From assembly GCA_937884385.1 (NCBI GenBank), contig CALGCW010000123.1, positions 580 to 64,579 of the forward strand: a stretch of DNA of 64,000 nucleotides. Direction: 5' to 3'. Of the stretch, positions 35,788 to 45,609 are shown piece by piece. The first letter of the stretch is position 1. The number at the start of each line of letters is the position of its first letter. The translations under genes and the position numbers were made by a program. The notes below the pieces were generated by a model that did no database searches, was not told the origin of the DNA, and saw only the letters and a program-made list of their open reading frames with translations. This stretch comes from an uncultured Clostridia bacterium. GTDB taxonomy: Bacteria > Bacillota > Clostridia > Oscillospirales > CAG-272.

Positions 35788-36699
35788 TCAGATAAATTCG
35801 ACCTCACACTCAAGCAGGATGCCAAATTTATCGTTTACTTCATTTTTTACATGTTCAATAAGATTTTTTATGTCAGAAGCAGTTGCCGAGTCGCGGTTGA
35901 TGATAAATCCCGCGTGCTTTTCGCTCACCTGCGCTCCGCCGATTGAAAAACCCTTAAGACCTGCATCCTCAATAAGCTTGCCCGCAAAATGTCCCTCGGG
36001 ACGCTTAAAGGTAGAGCCCGCACTCGGATATTCAAGCGGTTGCTTTGACCGGCGGGACGCCTTCATCTCATCCATTTTTGCTCTTATCGCAGAAGAGTCT
36101 CCCCTTTGAAGCTTGAAAAAGGCTCCAAGCACTATAAGGTCCTTGTTATCCTGAAGGATGCTGTGCCTGTATGAAAAATCGCAATCGGCATTTTCAAGGC
36201 AAACTATCTTACCGCTTCGCTTATCGTAGCATTCGCAAGCAGTAAGCACTTGACAAATCTCACCGCCGTAAGCACCTGCATTCATATATACACCGCCGCC
36301 GACGCTGCCGGGAATACCGTGTGCAAATTCAAGTCCCGAAAGACCGTTTCTTTCCGCAGAAATAGCAAGATTGAACATCGATGTCCCCGCCCCCGCGGCA
36401 ATAAGATCATTGTCTACCACTATCTTATCAAGATTAGAAAGAACGACGGCAACACCGCTGTAGCCATTGTCGTCTATGATAATATTAGAGCCTCTGCCCA
36501 GCAGTTTATGCTCTATCTTCTCGTTTGTAAGATGCTCAAATAGCACCCTTACCTGCTCATAATCCTTGGGTCTTATTACGAGCCTAACCTCGCCCCCGAC
36601 ACGAAACGAGCAAAGGCGCGAGCCCAATACGTTTTCTTCAAAAGGAATACCCTTTGAATTCAAAAATCCAATCAATTCCTTCAAAATAAAAGACCTCAA
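35788..36699 (-). CDS. murB: UDP-N-acetylenolpyruvoylglucosamine reductase
   Basis: An FAD-binding PCMH domain (FRVGGEVRL..., LGRGSNIII) and C-terminal MurB blocks (GSTFKRP, GGAQVSEKHAGFIIN) are present. Confidence 0.9.
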   Translation of the reverse strand: MRSFILKELIGFLNSKGIPFEENVLGSRLCSFRVGGEVRLVIRPKDYEQVRVLFEHLTNEKIEHKLLGRGSNIIIDDNGYSGVAVVLSNLDKIVVDNDLIAAGAGTSMFNLAISAERNGLSGLEFAHGIPGSVGGGVYMNAGAYGGEICQVLTACECYDKRSGKIVCLENADCDFSYRHSILQDNKDLIVLGAFFKLQRGDSSAIRAKMDEMKASRRSKQPLEYPSAGSTFKRPEGHFAGKLIEDAGLKGFSIGGAQVSEKHAGFIINRDSATASDIKNLIEHVKNEVNDKFGILLECEVEFI

Positions 36700-37382
36700 T
36701 CCTCAAGAATTTTTAGTATACCGTCAAAATCGTTTACAGTATATGTGATATTCCAACCATCGGGCGCACTTTTCCTGCTCGGGTTATACCACACGCAGTC
36801 TATACCTGCGTTAAGTGCACCCTTGATATCGCTTGAAAGCGAATCACCTATGACGAGAGCGCGATCACGGTCATAGCCGACAATACTACTCTCAACAGCG
36901 CTGAAAAACTCTCTGCTCGGCTTCTCCGCACCTATAACCTCAGAAATAAAGATATTTTCAAAGTATTTTGTGATAGGAGAACGGCCAAAGCGTCCGTCCT
37001 GCGTGCTTTTCACGCCGTTAGTGATGATAAAGAGCCTGTATTTGCCCGCAAGAGAGGAGATCAGCTCAAGCGCACCGTCAAAAAGATGCGATTCCTTTGC
37101 AAGATTTTCCATATAGAGATCTGCAAGCTCCTCTGCCTTGTCCTCAAAGCCATATTCTCTGCCGAATTCAACGAATCTTGCAAGGCGCAATGAGGTCTTA
37201 TCTATCTCGCCCCTCTCAAGCATCTTCCAATATCTCACGTTTATCTCGCTGTATCGTTCTATATATTCATCACCGCTTGGAAGCATAAGCTCCTCAAGCG
37301 CGTCTCTTAAAGCAATATACTCGCTTTTTTGAAAGTCAAAAAGCGTGTGATCGGCGTCAAAAAGTAAAAATTCGTATTTCAT
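36696..37382 (-). CDS. HAD-superfamily hydrolase (YjjG-like nucleotidase subfamily)
   Basis: HAD motif I FDADHTLFDF, motif II ITNG and motif IV GDSLSSDI are present. I prefer the ATG at 37382 over the GTG at 37388. Confidence 0.75.
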   Translation of the reverse strand: MKYEFLLFDADHTLFDFQKSEYIALRDALEELMLPSGDEYIERYSEINVRYWKMLERGEIDKTSLRLARFVEFGREYGFEDKAEELADLYMENLAKESHLFDGALELISSLAGKYRLFIITNGVKSTQDGRFGRSPITKYFENIFISEVIGAEKPSREFFSAVESSIVGYDRDRALVIGDSLSSDIKGALNAGIDCVWYNPSRKSAPDGWNITYTVNDFDGILKILED

Positions 37383-37493
37383 AAACACTTCTCCATATTA
37401 TCTTTTATTCTATAATATCATAAACGACTTTTTTTTTCAATGACATTTATCAAAATATATTATAAATTATTATAAAAATCTGCTCAAAAGAAC

Positions 37494-37522
37494 TTGCATA
37501 TTTTTAAGTTTTGAGGTATAAT
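37494..37522 (+). promoter_or_regulatory. Putative sigma-A-type promoter of coaE operon
   Basis: TTGCAT (37494-37499), a 17-nt spacer, then TATAAT (37517-37522). Confidence 0.45.
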
Positions 37523-37563
37523 ATATGATGTATATTTATGAATATTTATTTTGAGAGGTAAGA

Positions 37564-38178
37564 ATGAAGATTATTGGATTAACTGGACCCAGCGGTGCGG
37601 GCAAAACCACGATCTGCTCAAAATTTGAGGAGCTCGGTATTCCCTGCATCGATACGGACAGCATTTATCACACGCTCGTCAGTTTTCCTTCTCCCTGCCT
37701 TAATGACCTTGTAGAAAAATTCGGTGAAGATATATTAAATGCAGAAGGCACACTCGACAGAGCCGCGCTCGCAAATCTCGTTTTCACGGGAGAAAACGCA
37801 AAATCAAACCTTGCAAATCTTAACGCAACGACACATCGCTACGTTTGGGATGAGGTGAACAAGCTGTTGACAAAATATATGGATGAAGGAAAGGCGGCAG
37901 CCGTTATCGACGCGCCTGCGCTCTTCTCATCAAAGATCTTTATCGGTGCTTGCGATTTTATACTGTCAGTGCTTGCGGATAAGGAAACAAGAATAAACAG
38001 AATAACCAAACGCGACGCCATCAGCCGCGAACAAGCCCTTGCGCGTATTGAGGCACAACCCGGTGATGAATTTTTCATTGAGAATTCCGATTACTACATA
38101 AACAATTCGGGTACCAAGGATGAAATGACTCATCAGCTACTGTCAATCTTAGATCAAGAGGAACTTTATTTCAAATGA
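37564..38178 (+). CDS. coaE: Dephospho-CoA kinase
   Basis: The P-loop IGLTGPSGAGKTT at the N-terminus, the ~200-aa length and the DAPLLF-like block IDAPALF all fit CoaE. Confidence 0.85.
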   Translation: MKIIGLTGPSGAGKTTICSKFEELGIPCIDTDSIYHTLVSFPSPCLNDLVEKFGEDILNAEGTLDRAALANLVFTGENAKSNLANLNATTHRYVWDEVNKLLTKYMDEGKAAAVIDAPALFSSKIFIGACDFILSVLADKETRINRITKRDAISREQALARIEAQPGDEFFIENSDYYINNSGTKDEMTHQLLSILDQEELYFK

Positions 38179-38741
38179 GAAAAACAGTTAGAACGGATCC
38201 AAGGCTGATAGCATTATTTGTCATCTTCGCCATACTCTTCGGCTTCTTGTGCGACGCTATGATAGACGCAGTTGAGCGCTTCGTTTATCCCGAGGATTAT
38301 AAGGACCTCGTGCTGAAATATTCCGAGGAGTACTCAGTACCCCACGATCTCGTGTTTGCGGTTATTAAGACCGAAAGCGACTTTGAAAGCGATGCGGTCA
38401 GCTCCGCGGGGGCTATAGGACTTATGCAGATGCTCCCCGAAACTCATGCTTGGCTTGCTTCAAAGCTTGACGAGCCCGCATATGACTCAATGCTCTATAA
38501 CCCCGACATCAACATAAAATACGGCACGTACTATCTTCAGTATCTCTATTCAAGATTCGGCACGTGGGAAAAAGCGCTTATTGCCTATAATTGGGGCGAA
38601 GGCAATCTTTCAAGATATCTTGAAGATAATGAATATAACGAGGGTGACTATTCCTCAAATGCCTTTCCAAGGGAAACGCAGAACTACGTCAAAAAAGTGC
38701 TGCACCACCGCGAAAGATATGAGGATATCTACAATCACTAA
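38175..38741 (+). CDS. Lytic transglycosylase (SLT domain), membrane anchored
   Basis: It has an N-terminal TM and the SLT catalytic block VIKTESDFESDAVSSAGAIGLMQ plus AYNWG. Confidence 0.75.
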   Translation: MRKTVRTDPRLIALFVIFAILFGFLCDAMIDAVERFVYPEDYKDLVLKYSEEYSVPHDLVFAVIKTESDFESDAVSSAGAIGLMQMLPETHAWLASKLDEPAYDSMLYNPDINIKYGTYYLQYLYSRFGTWEKALIAYNWGEGNLSRYLEDNEYNEGDYSSNAFPRETQNYVKKVLHHRERYEDIYNH

Positions 38742-38773
38742 AAGTGTACACAATTGAAAGGAACAATAAAGCT

Positions 38774-40156
38774 ATGGAAACAAAAGAACTTAAAGAAAAG
38801 CTTTTTTACAAGAAAGCATCGGTATATGAAAAAGCAACCGACGAATCCATTGACAAGGCTTATGACTTTGCAAAGGATTATATGAAATATCTCGACGACG
38901 CCAAAACTGAGCGTGAGGCAGTAGACGCAGCGATCATAATAGCTGAAGCTGCAGGCTTCAAGCCCTACACGATAGGTCAGAAATTGAGCGTTGGCGACAA
39001 ATGCTACTATAACAACCGCGGAAAGAACCTCTTCCTCTTTACCGTCGGAAGTGAGGACCTTGAAAACGGTATCCGCATCTCCGCGGCACATATCGACTCT
39101 CCCCGCATCGACCTTAAGCAGGTCCCCCTTTATGAGGACGAGGGAATGAGCTTCTTCAAAACTCATTATTACGGCGGTATCCGCAAATATCAGTGGCTTG
39201 CCCTTCCCCTTGCTATCCACGGTGTGGTTATCAAGGCTGACGGAACGAGTGTAAACGTAGTGATTGGTGAGGACGAGAGCGATCCCGTTCTCTACATAAA
39301 CGATCTGCTTCCCCACCTTTCTCACGGTATGGATACAAAGCCTCTCGGCTCTGCTATCGACGGCGAAAAGCTCAATGTTCTCGTCGGCAGCCGTCCCTAC
39401 GGTGACGAAGACAATGCAATAAAGCTTAACACGATGAGGATTCTCAATGAAAAATACGGCATTGTAGAGGAGGACTTCCTTACAGCAGAGCTCTCCATCG
39501 TTCCCGCACAAAAGGCAAGAGACGTCGGTCTTGACCGTTCCCTCATCGGTGCATACGGTCACGACGACAGAGTTTGCGCATATCCCGCGCTCAAGGCTAT
39601 AATTGACTCTGCAGACAGTAAGCACACTCTTATGTGCATCCTTGCAGACAAGGAAGAAACCGGCAGCGACGGAAACACAGGTATGCAGTGTGACTTTATG
39701 ATGGATCTTATCGATGAGATCTCTCTCGCTATGGGTGCAAATCCCAGAGTTGTAAGAGCAAATTCAAAATGCCTCTCCGCAGACGTTTCCGCGGCATACG
39801 ACCCCAACTTTGCAGAGGTATTTGAAAAGAGAAACTCCGCACTTCTCTCCTGCGGAGTAGTGCTCACAAAGTACACGGGCTCTCGCGGCAAGGGCGGCAC
39901 TAACGACGCGCACGCGGAATTCGTTGGCTTCGTAAGACGTGCAATGGCTGAATACGGCGTTATCTGGCAAAGCGGTGAGCTTGGCAGAGTTGATGTTGGC
40001 GGCGGCGGTACGGTCGCAAAATTCATCTCCAAGCACAATATCGACGTAGTTGACCTCGGTGTACCCGTAATAGCTATGCACTCCCCCTTTGAGGTCATTT
40101 CAAAGGTCGACCTTTATGAGTCCTATAAAGCATTCTGTGCCTTCTGCAAATTTTAG
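38774..40156 (+). CDS. M18-family aminopeptidase
   Basis: AAHIDSPRIDLK, YGHDDRVC and a C-terminal PVIAMHSP block are typical of M18 (aspartyl/ApeA-like) aminopeptidases. The ATG at 38774 has AAAGGA upstream. Confidence 0.8.
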   Translation: METKELKEKLFYKKASVYEKATDESIDKAYDFAKDYMKYLDDAKTEREAVDAAIIIAEAAGFKPYTIGQKLSVGDKCYYNNRGKNLFLFTVGSEDLENGIRISAAHIDSPRIDLKQVPLYEDEGMSFFKTHYYGGIRKYQWLALPLAIHGVVIKADGTSVNVVIGEDESDPVLYINDLLPHLSHGMDTKPLGSAIDGEKLNVLVGSRPYGDEDNAIKLNTMRILNEKYGIVEEDFLTAELSIVPAQKARDVGLDRSLIGAYGHDDRVCAYPALKAIIDSADSKHTLMCILADKEETGSDGNTGMQCDFMMDLIDEISLAMGANPRVVRANSKCLSADVSAAYDPNFAEVFEKRNSALLSCGVVLTKYTGSRGKGGTNDAHAEFVGFVRRAMAEYGVIWQSGELGRVDVGGGGTVAKFISKHNIDVVDLGVPVIAMHSPFEVISKVDLYESYKAFCAFCKF

Positions 40157-40207
40157 TTGATCTGTAAATAAACGATCGGCTATATTTACAGAAAGGACTT
40201 AATAATA

Positions 40208-41278
40208 ATGCTTAATAAACTCAATTTTGCCGAGCAGAGATATATACAGATCGAGGGCGAGATGAACGACCCCGAGATCGCGGCAAATCCGACTGAATTC
40301 ACAAAAAGAATAAAAGAATATAATTCCCTGACCCCAATAATCACAAAATTCAGGGAGTACAAAAAGAATGAGCAAGAGCTCTCCGAGGCATTCGAAATGC
40401 TTGACGGCGCAGATGCAGAGATCAAGGAAATGATCCAAGAGGAGATCCCCCTGTGCAAGGAAAAGAGCATCACACTTTTCGAGGAGCTCAAAATACTGCT
40501 TCTCCCCAAGGACCCCAATGACTCCAAAAACGTTATCATTGAGATCCGCGCAGGTGCGGGCGGTGAGGAGGCGGCGCTCTTTGCAGGCGTTCTTTACAGG
40601 ATGTATACGATGTATGCAGATAAGACACGCTTTAAAACGAGCATCGTTTCGTGTAACGAGACCGAGCTCGGTGGCTTTAAAGAGATATGCTTTATGGTCG
40701 AGGGTGAGGGCGCGTATTCCCGCTTCAAATTTGAAAGCGGCGTTCACCGCGTTCAAAGAGTTCCCGAGACCGAGAGCCAGGGTCGAATTCAGACCTCTAC
40801 TGTCACAGTAGCAGTACTTCCCGAGGCAGAGGATGTCGACGTTGAGATCAACCCCGCAGACCTCGTTATCGAGACCTGTAAATCGAGTGGCGCGGGCGGT
40901 CAGCACATCAATAAGACCGAGTCCGCCATCCGTATCTACCATAAGCCCACAGGCATCGTTGTATGGTGTCAGGAAGAGCGAAGCCAGCTCAAAAACAAGG
41001 ACAAGGCAATGAAGATGCTTCGCACGAAGCTGCTTGATATAAAGCAGCAGGAGCAGGACGAAAAAATATCCTCTGACCGTAAGCTTCAGGTAGGAACCGG
41101 AGCACGAAGCGAAAAGATCAGAACATATAACTATCCTCAAAGCCGTATAACAGACCACAGAATAGGATACACCACGCACTCACTTGAGAGCTTCGTTAAC
41201 GGTGATATCGACGATATGATCGATGCTCTTATTACGGCAGACACGGCAGAAAAGCTTAAAAATTCCACCCAAGATTAA
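40208..41278 (+). CDS. prfA: Peptide chain release factor 1
   Basis: The RF1 tripeptide context RVPETESQGRIQTS (PxT) and the GGQ motif SGAGGQHINK are present. Confidence 0.95.
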   Translation: MLNKLNFAEQRYIQIEGEMNDPEIAANPTEFTKRIKEYNSLTPIITKFREYKKNEQELSEAFEMLDGADAEIKEMIQEEIPLCKEKSITLFEELKILLLPKDPNDSKNVIIEIRAGAGGEEAALFAGVLYRMYTMYADKTRFKTSIVSCNETELGGFKEICFMVEGEGAYSRFKFESGVHRVQRVPETESQGRIQTSTVTVAVLPEAEDVDVEINPADLVIETCKSSGAGGQHINKTESAIRIYHKPTGIVVWCQEERSQLKNKDKAMKMLRTKLLDIKQQEQDEKISSDRKLQVGTGARSEKIRTYNYPQSRITDHRIGYTTHSLESFVNGDIDDMIDALITADTAEKLKNSTQD

Positions 41279-41279
41279 A

Positions 41280-42311
41280 ATGAATACTAAGATCTTAAGA
41301 ATTATTGACAAAACTGAATATGAGAACAAGCTCGATGAGGCGGCGGCGATAATTCTTAACGGAGGACTTGTCGTCTTCCCCACCGAAACGGTTTACGGAC
41401 TCGGTGGAAACGCGCTGATCGACGGTGCGGCAAAAAGCATATACGCCGCCAAGGGCAGACCAAGCGACAATCCTCTGATCATTCATATAGCGCATCCCGA
41501 GGATGCAGAAAAATATGCTCACACAACGGAGCTTTATTACGCGCTTGCAAAAGCATTTATGCCCGGTCCACTTACCGTTATAATGCCTAAGCGTGACTGT
41601 ATTCCCTCATCCGTGACAGGGGGACTTGATACGGTAGCGGTCAGATGCCCCTCCCATCCCGTAGCACACGCATTGATAGAGAAATGCGGTGTTCCGATCG
41701 CCGCGCCGAGCGCAAATATATCCGGACGTCCCTCGCCAACAAGCGCGAAATATGTCGAAGAGGATATGCTTGGAAGAGTTGATATGATCATTGACGGCGG
41801 TGAGTGTGAGATTGGTCTTGAGTCGACCATCGTAAAGATCGATGGTGACTCTTTGACTCTTCTTCGCCCGGGTGCCATCACCTACGATGCGCTTTGTTGC
41901 GTTTGCGAAAACGTACGTATCGCGCCCGCAGTTCTGCATCAGCTATCCGAAAACGAAAAGCCCCTTTCTCCCGGCATGAAATACAGGCACTATGCACCGA
42001 ACGCAAGCTTTGTACTAATTGACGGAGAGGATTGCGACACACTTGAATTTTTCAAGAGTGAGCAAAAAGATGGCTGTGCAGTTCTCTGCTACGATGAGGA
42101 GCTTGCCTTTCTCGATCCTTCCCTGACTATCTCTATAGGATCAAAGGATGACCTCGCCACGCAGGCCAAAAGGCTCTTTACATCACTTCGCGAGGCAGAC
42201 AAGCTTAATGCAGGTACAATATACGCCCACCTGCCAAGGCTTGAAGGACTTGGACTCGCGCTATATAACAGAATGATACGCGCCGCGGCGCATACAATAA
42301 AGAAGATTTAA
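41280..42311 (+). CDS. tsaC: L-threonylcarbamoyladenylate synthase (TsaC/Sua5/YwlC, long form)
   Basis: The YrdC domain blocks VFPTETVYGLG, KGRPSDNPLIIH and SANISGRPSPT are followed by a C-terminal Sua5 domain. The ATG at 41280 lies 1 nt after the prfA stop. Confidence 0.85.
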   Translation: MNTKILRIIDKTEYENKLDEAAAIILNGGLVVFPTETVYGLGGNALIDGAAKSIYAAKGRPSDNPLIIHIAHPEDAEKYAHTTELYYALAKAFMPGPLTVIMPKRDCIPSSVTGGLDTVAVRCPSHPVAHALIEKCGVPIAAPSANISGRPSPTSAKYVEEDMLGRVDMIIDGGECEIGLESTIVKIDGDSLTLLRPGAITYDALCCVCENVRIAPAVLHQLSENEKPLSPGMKYRHYAPNASFVLIDGEDCDTLEFFKSEQKDGCAVLCYDEELAFLDPSLTISIGSKDDLATQAKRLFTSLREADKLNAGTIYAHLPRLEGLGLALYNRMIRAAAHTIKKI

Positions 42312-42323
42312 AGGACACTTAAA

Positions 42324-44561
42324 ATGGCTAAAAAAAGCAGTAAAAAAGTTGTTGAAAAAAAGGAAATAATACACAAGCCGGCAATACCGCAGCCGATCAC
42401 GGAAACGATCGAAAAGAACTATATGCCATACGTAATGAGCGTTATAGTTTCGAGAGCAATTCCCGAGATCGACGGTCTTAAGCCTGCCCACAGAAAGCTC
42501 CTTTATACAATGTATAAGATGGGACTTCTCACGGGTCAGCGAACGAAGAGCGCCAACATAGTCGGTCAGACGATGAAACTCAACCCCCACGGTGATGCGG
42601 CTATTTACGAAACGATGGTGCGTCTGACGCGCGGTAACGAGGCTCTGCTTCACCCCCTCGTCGACTCCAAGGGAAGCTTTGGTAAGCAGTATTCCTCGGA
42701 TATGAAATACGCGGCGTCGAGATATACCGAAGCAAAGCTCGACCCCTTCTGCGCAGAGCTTTTCCGCGGAATTGACAAGGATGCAGTGGACTTTGTGGAC
42801 AACTACGACGGTACTATGCAGGAGCCCACTCTGCTCCCCACGTCCTTCCCCAACGTTCTCGTCACACCTAATAAGGGTATAGCAGTAGGCATGGCAAGCG
42901 AGATATGCTCCTTCAACCTTGCAGAGATATGCGATGCCACTATTGCCATTCTTCGCAACCCTAAAACTAACACCGAAAAGATACTCGATATCGTTAAAGC
43001 GCCCGACTTTCCGGGCGGCGGTACGATTATTTATAACCGCGACTCTATGCGCCAGGTATATGAAACCGGCTCGGGATCAGTAAAGATACGTGCAAGATAC
43101 GTCTATGATAAGGCGCAGAACTGTATAGATATTATTCAGATCCCCTACTCCACCTCGATCGAGCTTATAATGAAAAAGCTCACCGAACTAATCAAAGAGG
43201 GCAAGGTAAAGGAGATAGTCGACTTCCGTGATGAGATCGACCTCTCGGGCTTCAAGCTCACTCTCGACCTCCGTCGCGGCACCGATCCCGAAAAGCTTAT
43301 GGCTCGCTTGTATAAGCTCACGCCGCTTGAGGATAGCTTCAAATGTAATTTCAATGTCCTTATCAACGGATCTCCAAGACAGATGGGTATAGTTGAGATA
43401 CTCAATGAGTGGATAGCCTTCCGAATGGAATGCTGCCGAAGAGAATTGACCTATGATCTCAATAAAAAGAAAGACAAGCATCACCTGCTTATGGGCCTTG
43501 CGCGAATACTTCTTGATATCGATAAAGCAATTGCAATCATAAGAGGCACGAAAAAGGACGCAGAGGTCATCCCCAACCTTATGAAGGGCTTTGCGATCGA
43601 TGAGCTTCAGGCAGATTACATTGCAGAGATAAAGCTCCGCCATCTCAATCACGAGTATATCATCAACAAGGTGCAGGAGATAGAAGGACTTGAAAAGGAG
43701 ATCGCAGAGATAGAAGCCATACTCGGCGACCCATTGAAGCTCAAGCGCTATATTGCGGAGCAGCTCGTTGAAGTCAAAAAGAAGTACGGTAAGCCCCGTA
43801 TGTCTATGATACAGGACGACTCCGAGATCGAAGAATACGTTCACGAGGAACACGTTGAGAAGAGCGATGTCCACATCTATATGACGCGTGACGGCTATTT
43901 CAAACGCATCACACCTCAATCTCTTCGTGGAAATGACGAGCAAAAGGTCAAGGATGGCGATAAGGTAGTTTTCTCTGCCTTCACCGACACTCTTGCAGAA
44001 CTTATCATATTCAGCAACCAATGCAAGGTCTACAAAGCAAAGGTAAGCGAATTTGAGAATTGTAAGGCAAGCGATATGGGAGAATTCATACCTGCCAAGC
44101 TCCAAATGGATACCGCAAGCGGTGAAAAGCCCATATTCATTCGCGTTCAACCTGATTATCCGGACAAGCAGAATATGGTCTTCATTTTTGAAAACGGTAA
44201 AGCCGTAAGAGTACCTATCTCCGCTTATCAGACGAAAGCAACGAGAAAGAAGCTTGTCGGAGCATACAGCGATGCAAGTCCCATCGTTGCGGCATTCTAT
44301 GAGGAAGAAAAGAAGCCCTACGACCTACTTATCGTTAATAATCAAAAGAAGGCGATAGTAATAAAGACCTCTCTTATTCCTCTTAAAACAAGCCGTTCCT
44401 CTGCAGGAACCACGGTATTTACCTGCAAGAAGGGGCAAAGGATTACGCTTGCTACCGATAACTTTGCAGAGCATCTTGATAATACGGGATATAAGAAGAT
44501 AAAGATCCCCGCAACGGGAAGTGCAATATCAGAAAAAGATATCAAAAAAATTTTTGAATAA
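42324..44561 (+). CDS. Type IIA DNA topoisomerase subunit A (GyrA/ParC family)
   Basis: RAIPEIDGLKPAHRKLLY, HPHGD-like NPHGDAAIYE and the active-site Tyr context AASRYTEAKL are present. I saw no GyrA-box (QRRGGKG). No B subunit is encoded in the window. Confidence 0.85.
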   Translation: MAKKSSKKVVEKKEIIHKPAIPQPITETIEKNYMPYVMSVIVSRAIPEIDGLKPAHRKLLYTMYKMGLLTGQRTKSANIVGQTMKLNPHGDAAIYETMVRLTRGNEALLHPLVDSKGSFGKQYSSDMKYAASRYTEAKLDPFCAELFRGIDKDAVDFVDNYDGTMQEPTLLPTSFPNVLVTPNKGIAVGMASEICSFNLAEICDATIAILRNPKTNTEKILDIVKAPDFPGGGTIIYNRDSMRQVYETGSGSVKIRARYVYDKAQNCIDIIQIPYSTSIELIMKKLTELIKEGKVKEIVDFRDEIDLSGFKLTLDLRRGTDPEKLMARLYKLTPLEDSFKCNFNVLINGSPRQMGIVEILNEWIAFRMECCRRELTYDLNKKKDKHHLLMGLARILLDIDKAIAIIRGTKKDAEVIPNLMKGFAIDELQADYIAEIKLRHLNHEYIINKVQEIEGLEKEIAEIEAILGDPLKLKRYIAEQLVEVKKKYGKPRMSMIQDDSEIEEYVHEEHVEKSDVHIYMTRDGYFKRITPQSLRGNDEQKVKDGDKVVFSAFTDTLAELIIFSNQCKVYKAKVSEFENCKASDMGEFIPAKLQMDTASGEKPIFIRVQPDYPDKQNMVFIFENGKAVRVPISAYQTKATRKKLVGAYSDASPIVAAFYEEEKKPYDLLIVNNQKKAIVIKTSLIPLKTSRSSAGTTVFTCKKGQRITLATDNFAEHLDNTGYKKIKIPATGSAISEKDIKKIFE

Positions 44562-44588
44562 AAAATAATAATACAGGAGTATATAGCT

Positions 44589-44744
44589 ATGAGTAAACAT
44601 AATGACAACAAACCCACTCAGCAGAGCAAGGCAGTAAGAATTCTTGCTCTCGTTCTCGCAGGTCTTATGATCATCGGTGCAGCAACCGTTGTTATCTCAA
44701 TACTTGCTTCCCTCGGAGGCGACCACGCAGGCCACATCCACTAA
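44589..44744 (+). CDS. Small single-pass membrane protein with His-rich C-terminal tail (51 aa)
   Basis: This ORF is not in the supplied track because it is under 60 aa. AGGAG lies about 10 nt upstream. The product is MSKHNDNKPTQQSKAVRILALVLAGLMIIGAATVVISILASLGGDHAGHIH. It is followed at once by a strong terminator. Confidence 0.45.
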   Translation: MSKHNDNKPTQQSKAVRILALVLAGLMIIGAATVVISILASLGGDHAGHIH

Positions 44745-44781
44745 AAAAGATGCGCAACCAAAAGGTTGCGCATCTTTATTT
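44745..44781. terminator. Bidirectional rho-independent terminator
   Basis: 11-bp stem GATGCGCAACC / GGTTGCGCATC (44749-44759 / 44764-44774) with loop AAAA, an A-run upstream and TTTATTT downstream. Confidence 0.65.
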
Positions 44782-45549
44782 CAGCTCATCGAGAGTCGCA
44801 AAGCGATATCCCATATCTTTCAGCTTTACAATCAGATCCTTCATTATGGCGGCGTTAGTTGCCCCCGTAGGATGAAGAAGCATTATTTCTCCGTTGTGAA
44901 GATTTCTCTCAATGATATCCATAGCGGCTCTTTTGCCCATCTGATTATTGTTGTCCCAATCTGCATACGCAAAGCTCCAGAAAACCGTTCTGTAGCCAAG
45001 CTTTTGAGCTTCTTCAAGTAAGCCTCTATCGAAAGTACCCTCGGGAGGACGGAAAAATTTAGACATTTCCCTACCCGTCAGCTCTCTGTATTTATCTTCA
45101 AGCCCGATTATTTCTTCTTTTACGGTCTCCTCGTTTTTATTGACGAGGTTTTTATGATTTACCGTGTGATTGCAAACAGAATGGCCACCATCCGCCATAC
45201 GCTTGATCAGCTCCGGAGCGCGGTCGATAACGTTTCCGAGAATAAAAAATGAGCCCCTCACACCCTCGGTCTCAAGTGCGTCAAGCACCTTCTCAACGTT
45301 TCCGTTTTCATATCCCACGTCAAACGTAAGATATATCACTCTGTCGCCATCCATATCGGGATAAAGGGTATCAACATACACGCCGCCAAGCTCTTCGATA
45401 AAAGAAAAATCGCTGTCAAGGTCGGGTTGCCTGTGCTCGGCGTTCCGTTTACAGTACCAATAAAACTCCTTAGCCTCAGCTTCCATCACGGGTACTGATA
45501 TAAAAATCAAAAGAAGCATGGCTATTATTCTAAAACAGTATTTTTTCAT
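44776..45549 (-). CDS. Polysaccharide deacetylase, PdaA-like (delta-lactam-biosynthetic de-N-acetylase family)
   Basis: It has a signal peptide and the NodB blocks YLTFDVGYENG, GSFFILG and GHSVCNHTVNH, which resemble the sporulation deacetylase PdaA. Confidence 0.8.
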   Translation of the reverse strand: MKKYCFRIIAMLLLIFISVPVMEAEAKEFYWYCKRNAEHRQPDLDSDFSFIEELGGVYVDTLYPDMDGDRVIYLTFDVGYENGNVEKVLDALETEGVRGSFFILGNVIDRAPELIKRMADGGHSVCNHTVNHKNLVNKNEETVKEEIIGLEDKYRELTGREMSKFFRPPEGTFDRGLLEEAQKLGYRTVFWSFAYADWDNNNQMGKRAAMDIIERNLHNGEIMLLHPTGATNAAIMKDLIVKLKDMGYRFATLDELK

Positions 45550-45609
45550 TTCTTCACCCCCATATTTATTATTTGCTAAAAAAATAATAAAAACAAAGAA
45601 AAATATGGA

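Noticed and set aside
35213-36109. 298-aa plus-strand ORF spanning the whiA/murB junction
   Set aside because: It is antisense to two well-supported genes, crosses their intergenic gap and gives a low-complexity product.
38738-39625. 295-aa minus-strand ORF
   Set aside because: It is antisense to the M18 aminopeptidase gene. The product is Cys/Val-rich and low in complexity, and there is no RBS.
40161-40192. 10-bp inverted repeat TCTGTAAATA ... TATTTACAGA between the aminopeptidase gene and prfA
   Set aside because: It could be a weak terminator or regulatory hairpin. The loop is 12 nt, the stem is AT-rich and no T-run follows, so the evidence is insufficient to call it.
40199-41179. 326-aa minus-strand ORF
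   Set aside because: It is antisense to prfA, whose identity is unambiguous from its GGQ and PxT motifs. The composition looks like shadow-frame translation.
43188-44150. 320-aa minus-strand ORF
   Set aside because: It is antisense to the topoisomerase A-subunit gene and has no motifs or start signals.
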